Positions 17,883-27,612 of a stretch of DNA of 64,000 nucleotides are shown here, one piece after another. Every line of letters begins with the position of its first letter. Position 1 is the first letter of the stretch. Location of the stretch: contig JAYZLP010000020.1 in assembly GCA_036154155.1 (NCBI GenBank), forward strand, positions 13,849-77,848. Reading direction: 5' to 3'. The stretch comes from Thermoplasmatota archaeon. GTDB taxonomy: Archaea > Thermoplasmatota > Poseidoniia > Poseidoniales > Thalassarchaeaceae. Under the pieces are notes generated by a model. The model was not told the DNA's origin. It saw nothing but the letters and a program-made list of their open reading frames with translations, and did not search any database. The position numbers and the translations under genes were made by a program.

Positions 17883-18185
17883 ATGACAGAATTACTCCTG
17901 ACATTTTCTGGGGCCTTGATACTCGGCTCACTATTGGTTCTAGTCAACATAATTTCTGCCCATCACCCCTACCACAAGACCCTCCCTCTAGTCGCATATT
18001 CATTGATCATCACGGGCCTCGGACTGCTTCTCTCATTGGAGGCGAGCCCAGAGGTACCGACAGCTCTTGACGCCATGAGGCAATCAACGTCACTGGCAAT
18101 CACAGGATTGTTGGCTATCTCTCCCGCTCTGTATGCAGTGCTAACGTTGATGATGATTAGGATTTCAATCAGCAGACATGAATAA
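17883..18185 (+). CDS. Hypothetical small membrane protein (3 TM)
   Basis: Abuts the previous ORF; 100 aa, mostly hydrophobic. Confidence 0.4.
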   Translation: MTELLLTFSGALILGSLLVLVNIISAHHPYHKTLPLVAYSLIITGLGLLLSLEASPEVPTALDAMRQSTSLAITGLLAISPALYAVLTLMMIRISISRHE

Positions 18186-18290
18186 TTCAGCAATTAATGC
18201 AATCTTTGCCTACTATGCCAAAGAAGCCTCTGACAGGGGAACGCTGATAACACCCCGGTCGGTCGCCGCGCTGTCTCAAGGGGTGATTAG

Positions 18291-18473
18291 GTGTCCAAGG
18301 GTACTCCAAGCATGGGTAAGAGGCAGAAGTCCACCCACATCAGGTGCAGGAGATGCGGCAAGCACTCATTCCACAAGACTAAGTCAGTTTGTTCTAGCTG
18401 CGGGTATGGGCAGACTTCCAAGATGAGGAAGTACAGGTGGAGCAAGCGCAACAGATCCATGGGAAGTAAGTGA
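18291..18473 (+). CDS. rpl37e: Ribosomal protein L37e
   Basis: [39 protein letters not shown] matches the L37e zinc ribbon. Confidence 0.85.
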   Translation: MSKGTPSMGKRQKSTHIRCRRCGKHSFHKTKSVCSSCGYGQTSKMRKYRWSKRNRSMGSK

Positions 18474-18527
18474 GCTCCATCCCGGAAAGTGCTAAGTCCC
18501 TAGTCCCTGAGGGCCGTTCGGTAGACG

Positions 18528-20030
18528 ATGTGCGGGATCGTCGGAATTATTGGACATCCCAATTCACAAGTAGCTCCTTCTCTGTACGACGGTCTTCTTG
18601 TTCTGCAGCACAGGGGCCAAGACGCTGCAGGAATTGTGACAAGCGATTCGCATAACATTTGTCACCGTAGGGCCAACGGCCTGGTCCGAGATGTTTTCCG
18701 TGCCAAGCACTCAGAGGCATTACTTGGATCCATGGGGTTGGGGCATGTCCGATATCCAACCGCAGGCTCCAACTCAGTTTCAGAGGCACAGCCATTCTAC
18801 ACCAACACGCCGTTCGGAGTCAGCCTCGCACACAATGGGAATCTCAACAACACTCAAGACATCATATCCAGCCTTCTCGAGTACGACCATAGGAGAATCA
18901 ATACAAGTTCAGACTCGGAGGCATTGTTGAATCTGTTCGCTGCCGAAATTCAAAGATCTCTGAACGGAAACCCAGGAGGTATTGATTCACTTTCTGAAGA
19001 CGATATTTTCAGGGCGGTAGAAAGGGTGCATCTCAGGGCCGAGGGAAGTTATAGCGTAGTCACAATGATCACAGGTTGGGGAATCGTTGCGTTCAGAGAC
19101 CCGAATGGAATCAGGCCTCTTTGCATAGGAAGTAATGTTGTGGATGGTTTCACCGAGAGAGTCATCGCCTCTGAGAGTGTGGTTTGCAAAGCCATTGGAT
19201 TCGAACATGATGGAGACGTCTCACCGGGTGAAGCTGTTGTTGTGAGAATGAACGGGCAGATGTCCAGAAAGGTTTGCTCAAAGGAAGTTGACCATCATCC
19301 TTGTATCTTCGAGCATGTGTATTTCGCTAGGCCAGACTCCGTTCTTGATGGCATCTCTGTTCATTCCTCAAGACTCAGGATGGGGGCCTCATTGGCTAGG
19401 AAAATTTCCTCCGAATTCCCCGACCATGCAATCGATGCCGTGATTCCTGTGCCAGACAGCGGGAGGATCGCTGCACTTGACCTGGCTAGGGAGCTTGGGG
19501 TCCCCTATAGGGAGGGCTTCGTAAAGAACAGGTACATAGGAAGGACATTCATAATGCCCGGTCAGACCATTAGGAAGGACTCCGTTAGGAAGAAACTCAA
19601 TACTATCGAGGACGAGTTCCAAGGAAAAACCGTACTAATCGTTGATGACAGTATTGTGAGGGGGAACACATCAAGGAGAATCGTAAACATGGCAAGAGAG
19701 GCAGGCGCTTCAAGGGTTTACTTCGCATCCTGCTCTCCTCCGATTGTCCATCCAAATGTGTATGGTATTGACATGCCAGCCAAATCAGAGTATGTCGCAT
19801 TTGATCGTTCCGTGGAAGAAATATGTGAGGCAATAGGGGCAGATTGGCTAGTCTACCAAGAATTACAGGATTTAGTCAAGGCCTGTCTTGGGGATAACTC
19901 AGAAGGGCCAGCGAATTTCGACTGTTCGTGTTTTGATGGGGTCTACGTGACGGGAGGGATCACAGAAGAGTACCTAGAAAGAATTGAGGGGCTCAGGAAC
20001 GACTCTGCGAAGAACAAGGCGCCCGTCTGA
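18528..20030 (+). CDS. purF: Amidophosphoribosyltransferase
   Basis: MCGIVGI N-terminal nucleophile Cys, Ntn glutaminase domain, and PRTase domain (VLIVDDSIVRGNTS). Confidence 0.9.
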   Translation: MCGIVGIIGHPNSQVAPSLYDGLLVLQHRGQDAAGIVTSDSHNICHRRANGLVRDVFRAKHSEALLGSMGLGHVRYPTAGSNSVSEAQPFYTNTPFGVSLAHNGNLNNTQDIISSLLEYDHRRINTSSDSEALLNLFAAEIQRSLNGNPGGIDSLSEDDIFRAVERVHLRAEGSYSVVTMITGWGIVAFRDPNGIRPLCIGSNVVDGFTERVIASESVVCKAIGFEHDGDVSPGEAVVVRMNGQMSRKVCSKEVDHHPCIFEHVYFARPDSVLDGISVHSSRLRMGASLARKISSEFPDHAIDAVIPVPDSGRIAALDLARELGVPYREGFVKNRYIGRTFIMPGQTIRKDSVRKKLNTIEDEFQGKTVLIVDDSIVRGNTSRRIVNMAREAGASRVYFASCSPPIVHPNVYGIDMPAKSEYVAFDRSVEEICEAIGADWLVYQELQDLVKACLGDNSEGPANFDCSCFDGVYVTGGITEEYLERIEGLRNDSAKNKAPV

Positions 20031-20076
20031 GCAGGCATTCGCCAAGATGAAGTCATGAGGTCCCTTCACGACAATT

Positions 20077-21573
20077 ATGCAGCCGACAATCGAGCCAACC
20101 GCGTCGGTACAAATCGATGAATATCCGAGAAGTTGGTGCTCATCTAAAGAGTCAATTTTCTGCGTCGGCTTTGAATCCGGGAGAATTTGCCATTTCGACT
20201 CTTTTGGGGATTTACTCGAGGAGTCATCCATTGAAGGATCAGTAATCGGATTGGTTGCACTGGATGGCAGTATTATCGCCGCATCTAGCACCAATGGGCT
20301 ATTTTCGCTTGGGGAAATTGTTTGGAATCTGGATATGGAGTCGGGTTGCGAATATATTTCGCCCTCTGAGGTTGGTGTATTCGCCATTGATGGTTCTGAC
20401 AATATCCTACACGTTTCATCGAAAGGGGAGGTTCTGTGTAGCAAGAAGATTGGGCCCGTAGATGTAATCCAATCATCAGATAACGGCCTCCATATTGGCC
20501 TGGGGTTGGGTGACGGGAGGCTCATAATTCTCGATAATGAACTCAATACCCTGTTTGAATCACACCCTGCGGCTGATGATGTTGAAACAGTATCGTGCAT
20601 CCAATTCAGGCCCGATGGGACATTGCTGGTTGGGAGGAACTCACTTGGAATGACCGTAGATGATCGTCCAGAAAACAGATTGGAATGTTGGAGTCCGGTA
20701 GAGGGGCTCATCAATACTTCAGAGATGCCATCCAAACCAACCTCACTTTGTGTTACTGAGGAAGGTGTAGTGGTGGGCTGCTTCGATGGACAATTAATTG
20801 ACATGAAAGTGGGGGTTGAAGGCCATCGAAAGATTTCCCAGATGGCCTACATGATTAGCGACATTCTACGTTGGGGCGGCGAATTTCTGGTTTCCTATTG
20901 GTTTGAGACCTCGAGGATTTCTCCAGAGGGCAATGTGGCATGGCAATTTGAGCATCATGGTGTTGTCGAGGGATTAATGCCTATTCCAAATGGATTGATA
21001 GCGATATTTGGAGATGACAAGAAGTCTAGAGGCCCATCGCCAATTTACTTAGTCGACCCCGATTCATCTCCAATAGTACAGAACGGTGGCGAGTTAATGG
21101 AGCCAGACTTTGACTCGATCGGAAATGAATTTTCTGGAGGCCTTACGGAGGATGAGTTGGACATGGCCTCACAGAGGCAAGATTTCTCTAATCAAGGTGA
21201 AATCCTAATCGAAACCCTGAACGAGGAAATCGAGATGAAACTCGACGGGGAGTCTGTTGAGGTGGATGTTTTGACTGATTTGATTGAGTCGGCCAAGTCT
21301 CTCAATATACCTCCCGTTGCAGATGCAGGTGATGACATGACAATCGACTCGGATGAGGGCGGAAAGGCAACAGTACTCCTGGACGGATCTAGGTCATATG
21401 ACCCCGACGGTAAGATTTCGGAGTGGCTATGGAAAGACAGGAATGGTGAGGAAATTGGCAATACTCCTCAATTGAGAGCCAGGATCTCAAAGGGTGTTCA
21501 CAACTTCACTTTGCTTGTAATCGATGATGGAGGGGCCCAATCTAGTGCCAGCATCACAATACAAGTTAGATAG
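20077..21573 (+). CDS. Beta-propeller repeat protein with C-terminal PKD domain
   Basis: Repeated strand-turn units rich in G/D; C-terminal TVLLDGSRSYDPDGKISEWLWKD...FTLLVIDDGGAQSSASITIQV is a PKD fold signature. Confidence 0.55.
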   Translation: MQPTIEPTASVQIDEYPRSWCSSKESIFCVGFESGRICHFDSFGDLLEESSIEGSVIGLVALDGSIIAASSTNGLFSLGEIVWNLDMESGCEYISPSEVGVFAIDGSDNILHVSSKGEVLCSKKIGPVDVIQSSDNGLHIGLGLGDGRLIILDNELNTLFESHPAADDVETVSCIQFRPDGTLLVGRNSLGMTVDDRPENRLECWSPVEGLINTSEMPSKPTSLCVTEEGVVVGCFDGQLIDMKVGVEGHRKISQMAYMISDILRWGGEFLVSYWFETSRISPEGNVAWQFEHHGVVEGLMPIPNGLIAIFGDDKKSRGPSPIYLVDPDSSPIVQNGGELMEPDFDSIGNEFSGGLTEDELDMASQRQDFSNQGEILIETLNEEIEMKLDGESVEVDVLTDLIESAKSLNIPPVADAGDDMTIDSDEGGKATVLLDGSRSYDPDGKISEWLWKDRNGEEIGNTPQLRARISKGVHNFTLLVIDDGGAQSSASITIQVR

Positions 21574-22491
21574 CTACAATTTGCCGAACTCGTCCCTCAG
21601 GGCAGGAAGTGCTTCCTCCCAAGTAGAGACTATGCCATAGTCAGCCACACTGAAGATAGGGGCATCTGGGTCCTTGTTGATGGCAACAATGTACTTGCTA
21701 GAGCGCATTCCCGCCAAGTGCTGAATTGCACCGCTGATTCCTACTGCTATGTACAGGCTCGGATTCACGGTCTTACCTGTCTGACCAACTTGCATATCGT
21801 GGGGAATATCGTCCCAAGTGTCGACCGCCGCCCGACTGGCCCCTACCGCAGCACCGACGATATCTGCGATTTCGTACAGGTGAGAGAAGTTCGAAGGGTC
21901 TCCCATCCCCCTGCCTCCAGAAATGATGATGTCAGCTTCAGCGACGTCAAGCCTCTCACTAGCCTTAGCAAGGGCCTCCCTCACCGCCACTCCAACATCA
22001 GATGTATTGTTCACCGTGGAGATGTCAGCATTCCCTCCTGATCCAGAAGCCTCGAATGCGTTCTGCCTAATCGAAATCGCACAAGGGCCCGAAGCAACTG
22101 AGGTCTCTATGGCCTTACCGGAGTAGATCGGCCTCGTGACCCTAATTCCACTTTCAAGTCCGGTAGCATCTTGGATTATTGGAATATTTCTGATTGCGGC
22201 TACTTGAGCTAGAACCTCCCTGCTATGTGCTGATGAGGAGGCCATCACCACTCCCTCGCATAACGGGGAGAGGGCATTTGCCCATGCCCCACTGTCGAAT
22301 GAACCAAAGCACTCCCCTTCGGCCGATATCACCTTCCCCACTCCACTAATTGATGATGCCTCTGTCGCACCTACTCCCCCCGGGCAGATCACGGTCGGTG
22401 TTCCGCCAATCGAACAGGCGGCACCTACCAATTGGGCAGTTACAGGGTGAAGCTCATTTCCAGTTGTTTCAGCTATAATCGTGACTTCCAT
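21574..22491 (-). CDS. etfA: Electron transfer flavoprotein alpha subunit
   Basis: C-terminal FAD-binding region PSLYIAVGISGAIQHLAGMRSSKYIVAINKDPDAPIF. Confidence 0.85.
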   Translation of the reverse strand: MEVTIIAETTGNELHPVTAQLVGAACSIGGTPTVICPGGVGATEASSISGVGKVISAEGECFGSFDSGAWANALSPLCEGVVMASSSAHSREVLAQVAAIRNIPIIQDATGLESGIRVTRPIYSGKAIETSVASGPCAISIRQNAFEASGSGGNADISTVNNTSDVGVAVREALAKASERLDVAEADIIISGGRGMGDPSNFSHLYEIADIVGAAVGASRAAVDTWDDIPHDMQVGQTGKTVNPSLYIAVGISGAIQHLAGMRSSKYIVAINKDPDAPIFSVADYGIVSTWEEALPALRDEFGKL

Positions 22492-22500
22492 TTTTCCACC

Positions 22501-23259
22501 TCAGATAACATTGGCCTCATCCCTCAACTTGGAAACCACAGTCGGAACAGAGGCTGCACCCTCGAATTTCTGCCCCGGGGGTTTCTCAGCGGGTGCAGAG
22601 TGAGACTCCAGTGAAACTCTGGAACCCTCCATGGTCACGCCAAGATCGGCCGGTGTCAGCGACTCGACGGCCTTCTTTTTCGCCATCATTATTCCTCTGA
22701 CATTTGGCCTCCTCATCTCTGTTGCCGCTTTGTCGAAGGCGAATAGGCATGGCTTGGAAACAGAAACCTTCTCGTTGCCCGAAGGACTTGTCCTCATTGC
22801 TACGAATCCATCGCCCTCCATGGAAACCTCGGAAACCATTCCAACGCATGTGAAGCCGAGGATGCTAGCAACACCTGGGCCGGTAGACCCTGAATTGGTA
22901 TCGGCGGCCTGCTTGCCGCAGAGAACAACTTCAGCGCCTGTTTTTCTAATTGCGGAGGCAAGCAGATTCTGCACATTGGAACTGTCCATGCCGGAATCAT
23001 CAGAGACAATGTGAACTAGTGAATCAGCACCAACTGCCGCAGCATCGGTAAGTATCTTGGAAGCCCTAGCAGGTCCGCATGTGATTGCGACCAAGTCCCC
23101 ACCTCCCCCTTCTTTCAGTTGGAGTGCATACTCGAGGGCATATTCGTCATATGGGCTCATTGACCACTTGCTCACTGCGCCCTCGTCCACCCTTCCTCCG
23201 GAGACGGTGATTTTAGCGGTAGTATCTGGAACCTGCTTTAGTAGAACTGCTATTGTCAT
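22501..23259 (-). CDS. etfB: Electron transfer flavoprotein beta subunit
   Basis: MTIAVLLKQVPDTTAKI..WSMSPYDEYALEYALQLKE are EtfB motifs; start trimmed. Confidence 0.85.
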   Translation of the reverse strand: MTIAVLLKQVPDTTAKITVSGGRVDEGAVSKWSMSPYDEYALEYALQLKEGGGGDLVAITCGPARASKILTDAAAVGADSLVHIVSDDSGMDSSNVQNLLASAIRKTGAEVVLCGKQAADTNSGSTGPGVASILGFTCVGMVSEVSMEGDGFVAMRTSPSGNEKVSVSKPCLFAFDKAATEMRRPNVRGIMMAKKKAVESLTPADLGVTMEGSRVSLESHSAPAEKPPGQKFEGAASVPTVVSKLRDEANVI

Positions 23260-23333
23260 GATATCCCTACAGGCCGGACGACTGCCGCTCCCTCTATCAA
23301 GATTCACCCTTAGCAATTTCAGTCCCTATTCGA

Positions 23334-24509
23334 CTATTCCAGGGTGCGTGTGAATGCCTGGATTCCTGTGATGTGCCTGCCAAGTATGAGATTGTGGATA
23401 TCATGGGTCCCCTCGTAGGTCTTCACCGACTCCAAATTTGCCATGTGCCTCATCACTGGGTACTCGTCAAGTATCCCATTTGCACCGTGAATATCCCTAG
23501 CGGCACGCGCAATCTCTAGAGCTATGTCGACATTGTTCATCTTCGCAAGGGAGATATGCTCGGGAATCCATGTTCCAGCATCCTTCTTCTGTGAAAGGTG
23601 GTAGGCTAGAAGTTGGGCCTTGGTAATTTCCCTAAGCATCCACGAGAGTTTGTTCTGCACTAATTGGTACGACGCGATCGGGTAATCGAATTGGATTCTG
23701 CTCAGAGAATACTCCTTTGCAGAGTCAAAGCACGCCTGTGCAGCCCCTATAGCGCCCCATGAGATTCCATACCTAGCATTGTTTAGGCAGGAAAACGGGC
23801 CCCTTAGCCCCTTAACACCAGGAAGGATCCTGTCCTTGGGAATTTTGCAGTCCTGGAAAACAAGTTCGCTGGTGACCGATGCCTTCAGCGAGTGCTTCCC
23901 CTTCATTTCAGGAGCTGTGAAACCTTCATCGCCTTGCTCAACGATGAATCCTCTGATTACTCCGTCTAGTTTGGCCCAAACGACTGCAATCTGGGCTATG
24001 GTGCCGTTAGTAATCCACATCTTCGCCCCATTCAGGAGGTAATGGTCACCCATGTCCTCGGCTCTGGTAATCATATCGCCAGGATTTGATCCATAGTCTG
24101 GCTCAGTCAGGCCGAAGCACCCAATCCACTCTCCGCTGGCCATCTTTGGGAGGTAGTGATTTTTCTGCTCCTCCGAGCCAAAATCCCAAATTGGGTACAT
24201 GGCAAGAGAGCCCTGCACGGATGCGAATGAACGAAGTCCACTATCCCCCCTCTCAAGCTCCCTGCAAATTACACCGTATGCAGTGTATGACAGTCCGGGG
24301 CAGCCGTAACCCTTCAGGGGGGCCCCAAGGACTCCCATATTGCCCAATTCAACCCTCCACTCATCAGGGAATACTCCGTCCCTGCAGGCCTGCTCAATCT
24401 TGGGCAAGACTTCGTTGTCGACGAAGTCTCTGACCATGTCCCTAACCATCCTCTCTTCCTCTGTCAACAGCGAGTCAACGTCGTAGAAGTCTAGGGCGTC
24501 GTATGGCAT
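23334..24509 (-). CDS. Acyl-CoA dehydrogenase (glutaryl-CoA dehydrogenase-like)
   Basis: ACAD three-domain architecture with GCFGLTEPDYGSNPG, YEGTHDIHNLILGR. Confidence 0.8.
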   Translation of the reverse strand: MPYDALDFYDVDSLLTEEERMVRDMVRDFVDNEVLPKIEQACRDGVFPDEWRVELGNMGVLGAPLKGYGCPGLSYTAYGVICRELERGDSGLRSFASVQGSLAMYPIWDFGSEEQKNHYLPKMASGEWIGCFGLTEPDYGSNPGDMITRAEDMGDHYLLNGAKMWITNGTIAQIAVVWAKLDGVIRGFIVEQGDEGFTAPEMKGKHSLKASVTSELVFQDCKIPKDRILPGVKGLRGPFSCLNNARYGISWGAIGAAQACFDSAKEYSLSRIQFDYPIASYQLVQNKLSWMLREITKAQLLAYHLSQKKDAGTWIPEHISLAKMNNVDIALEIARAARDIHGANGILDEYPVMRHMANLESVKTYEGTHDIHNLILGRHITGIQAFTRTLE

Positions 24510-24566
24510 GTTCTCGTCTCTTTGCGAAGGCGGTTACCTCATCAAGGTATGGCAGTGAGAGTGCCC

Positions 24567-25790
24567 CTACTTCCTACCCCTTCTTCTACGCCTAGAGTCC
24601 CTCTTTGAGAACTCCTTCTCTTCCTCAGAGCCAATCTTCATGGTGACCCAGTGACTAAGCTCCGGGGACATGGACATCAATATACTGAGTACCACTCCAA
24701 AGATAACTAGGGGAAAAACAATCATGATGACTAGCCCCATCAATCCATCTACCCATGAATCCTCCGATGGCGGATGAAAGCTCAAGATCGTCCCCCTGTC
24801 GGTAAGAATCCAGCCGCTGTCCCTGTCAGTCGCCCACGTTGCAACCACCCTTTCTCCTGAGACAGTTGAGTCAAATTCAACCACATCAGAGTTCTCTAGC
24901 CAGGGGAAGGAAGCATTCAGTCCTGCATCGTGCTCAACTAGAGAGAATGGAGTTAACAGGATCATTGACCTATCTCCATGTTGACTTTCGATGCCCGTGA
25001 ACACCCCCCCCACTCCCGAAATCTCGCTAATGCTGACTTTGGAGGAGGAAGGATTAGCTGCATCCAGATCAACCATCCCTATCGCATCTCCAGAGGTAAA
25101 CACGCAAACGTCAGTTGTAATCGGGCACACCATTCCATTCCAGGGGTATATTCCGCCTCCTACCCAGTGTACAGCGTGATCCCTGTCGATAATTGCAATC
25201 CCGTCATAAGTCGTCCCAACCACGCAAAGTAGAATTTCTCCGTGGCATTCTATCTCTGTAATCTCACTCCCTGTCCCAAGCCCCTCAAGGACATGAACCT
25301 CTGCACCCCCATCACTGGAGGCTCGCATCCTCCAGATTGTTCCGTCGTCCGATCCCACGTAAGCCCAAGAACCACCTTGGTTCCAAGCGACGGCAGTAAG
25401 TGAGGAGTCATCGAATTCTTCATGCCCCCCCGCATCAGTTACAGAGTGGTCATCTGCGGCGTACCTGAGAACTACTCCATCCTCACCAACGATTAGTGCA
25501 GTAAGCCCACCTGGGTGGTAGTCAGCGTCGTTGAGCGCAGACTCCCCGGTCACGGGCATAGGTACCTGAATCGATGGGTCCGCGGCATTGATCATTTTCA
25601 TTATCGACTCTTCGCCATAAGCAAGTACCCAACTACCAGCAGGATCCAGAGTCGCGCCATTCAGTCCTAGGTCAGTTGAAGATAGGCTGTCCATCTCATC
25701 CAGCACTACTGCGGACTCTGCGTGCACTGATGCGGTGGAAAATAAGGTAGCAGAAAGCAATGCCAATATCAAGAACGCCGCTCGTGCCAC
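24567..25790 (-). CDS. Secreted beta-propeller-like surface protein with C-terminal TM anchor and poly-Arg tail
   Basis: Signal peptide MARAAFLILALLSATLFSTASVHA; C-terminal hydrophobic helix followed by RRRRRGRK. Confidence 0.5.
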   Translation of the reverse strand: MARAAFLILALLSATLFSTASVHAESAVVLDEMDSLSSTDLGLNGATLDPAGSWVLAYGEESIMKMINAADPSIQVPMPVTGESALNDADYHPGGLTALIVGEDGVVLRYAADDHSVTDAGGHEEFDDSSLTAVAWNQGGSWAYVGSDDGTIWRMRASSDGGAEVHVLEGLGTGSEITEIECHGEILLCVVGTTYDGIAIIDRDHAVHWVGGGIYPWNGMVCPITTDVCVFTSGDAIGMVDLDAANPSSSKVSISEISGVGGVFTGIESQHGDRSMILLTPFSLVEHDAGLNASFPWLENSDVVEFDSTVSGERVVATWATDRDSGWILTDRGTILSFHPPSEDSWVDGLMGLVIMIVFPLVIFGVVLSILMSMSPELSHWVTMKIGSEEEKEFSKRDSRRRRRGRK

Positions 25791-25889
25791 AACCCTCCGA
25801 GGCGCAACAATGGTTTAGCCCGTTCGACCGACGACTTCAGGCACCAATGTCACGGCAGATTTGAAGAGTGATTCACCCGGCGCAAACCC

Positions 25890-26402
25890 ATGGAGCGATT
25901 CGACGTCAGACGAGGGGTAATCAAGGAAGTAAGTGGTGAGGGTGGACTTTCCGCCTTAGCGAGAAGGTATTTCGAACAAGTGGAGAGCACAGGTGAGAAC
26001 TCATTCTCCGGCTCCCACGGCATCATGACTTCCATCAATGGTAGCTACGAAGGAAGCGCACTAATGATCGATGTCACCAATGTGCCTCCAAATTTCGATG
26101 ATCCAGAGGAGGTCAAATCCGCAATGGACGCTAGGAAGAGGTGGACGTCATTTCTCGACGAGGCCACTGGTTACAATTCAAAGCAGAGGGGTGACAAGGC
26201 AAAGGAATGGGCCAAAAAGGCATCAAAGGCCAAGTCCGCAATTAGCGCTACCCGACATTTCATCGAGATGGCAGATTCACTCCCACAGGATAAGATTTCA
26301 GAGGCAGAGTCAATTATAGCAGAGATAGAGCAGGCCCTAGAGTCGAACGACAATACGAAAGCGGCCGGGCGCGCTGAGAAGCTAAACAAGATGTTCAATT
26401 AG
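25890..26402 (+). CDS. Hypothetical charged protein
   Basis: 170-aa ORF, K/E-rich; no recognisable motif. Confidence 0.4.
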   Translation: MERFDVRRGVIKEVSGEGGLSALARRYFEQVESTGENSFSGSHGIMTSINGSYEGSALMIDVTNVPPNFDDPEEVKSAMDARKRWTSFLDEATGYNSKQRGDKAKEWAKKASKAKSAISATRHFIEMADSLPQDKISEAESIIAEIEQALESNDNTKAAGRAEKLNKMFN

Positions 26403-26410
26403 GTGATAAA

Positions 26411-27529
26411 ATGGATGATAAGGATCCCCTATCTAACCTGGACAAGGGATCCCTTGACACCATTCAATCCATGTTCTCCGGCTGTGAGGAAGTAGTGGGC
26501 GTGGAACACGTCGCCTCTGTTCTCTCAGGTGCACCCTCTCACTCGGGGGACGGTCAACTTGTGGCATACATCGGATTGGAACCTAGCGGAAAGGCACATC
26601 TGGGATGGGTCATACTATCGGACACAATTCGCAACCTCCTGGATTCAGATGTCAATGTGATTGTTCTCCTAGCAGATTGGCATGCTTGGGTGAATGACAA
26701 ATTTGACAGGGATATGGAGAAGATTTCATTGGCCGGAGATTACATGACAGAGGTCTTCAGGGTCTTACTGGGGAACCCTCCAGAGGGAGAAGGCCCAGGC
26801 CAGGTTAGATTCATCAGAGCGTCTGAGGTAATGGATTCTGGAAAATATTGGGAGAGGGTTCTCAGATGCTCCAAGAATATGAGCCTGTCAAGGGTCAGAA
26901 GAACGTTCAGCATAATGGGACGGGCAGAGGACTCTTCAGACCACGATCTTTCAGCTTTCTACTACCCAGCCCTCCAGGCAGCCGATATTTTCGAATTGGA
27001 GGTTGACATTGCGTTTGGGGGGATGGACCAGAGAAAGGCACACATGTACATGAGGGAGGTGGCGGATAGGAATCAATGGACAAAGGCCACATGCATACAC
27101 ACCCCCATGCTCTCCGGCCTCAAGGGATCCGGAGGCCGCATGGACTCGTACGATCACAAAATGTCAAAATCCGACCCCAACAATGCTATCCTAATGCATG
27201 ACGACCACGATTCCCTAAGGAAGAAGATGAAGAAGGCATTCCTAGAGGTAGGAAACCCCTCCTCAGCGGTCTTCGAGATGGTCGAGCATGTAATTTTACC
27301 CCGACTCGGAAAGATCAAGGTAACTCCCGACCCAAAATATGGCGAACCATCCGAGTTCAGTGATTTGGACTCATTCACAGACGCCGTCTCCAACGGCTCA
27401 GTTCATCCACTGGATGCAAAAATGGCAGTTGCCGACGGACTATCCGAGGTTCTATCCCCGGTATCCGAGCACTTCTCATCTAGATCAGAGCTCATGTCAG
27501 CGATAAATTCCATAACCGGCCCTCAGTAG
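26411..27529 (+). CDS. tyrS: Tyrosyl-tRNA synthetase (archaeal type)
   Basis: GLEPSGKAHLG (HIGH-like), LLADWHAW, LQAADIFELEVDIAFGGMDQRKAHM, KMSKS. Confidence 0.8.
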   Translation: MDDKDPLSNLDKGSLDTIQSMFSGCEEVVGVEHVASVLSGAPSHSGDGQLVAYIGLEPSGKAHLGWVILSDTIRNLLDSDVNVIVLLADWHAWVNDKFDRDMEKISLAGDYMTEVFRVLLGNPPEGEGPGQVRFIRASEVMDSGKYWERVLRCSKNMSLSRVRRTFSIMGRAEDSSDHDLSAFYYPALQAADIFELEVDIAFGGMDQRKAHMYMREVADRNQWTKATCIHTPMLSGLKGSGGRMDSYDHKMSKSDPNNAILMHDDHDSLRKKMKKAFLEVGNPSSAVFEMVEHVILPRLGKIKVTPDPKYGEPSEFSDLDSFTDAVSNGSVHPLDAKMAVADGLSEVLSPVSEHFSSRSELMSAINSITGPQ

Positions 27530-27612
27530 TCCATTGGAATATTGACTTCGTGAATATTTCTCCGGGGCAGGTATCATAACCCCCTCGTCGCCGGGCGGGG
27601 ACGAGGGAAACT

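Noticed and set aside
19974-20804. 276-aa Ser/Thr-rich minus-strand ORF
   Set aside because: Antisense to the beta-propeller/PKD gene and overlapping the purF 3' end; compositionally biased
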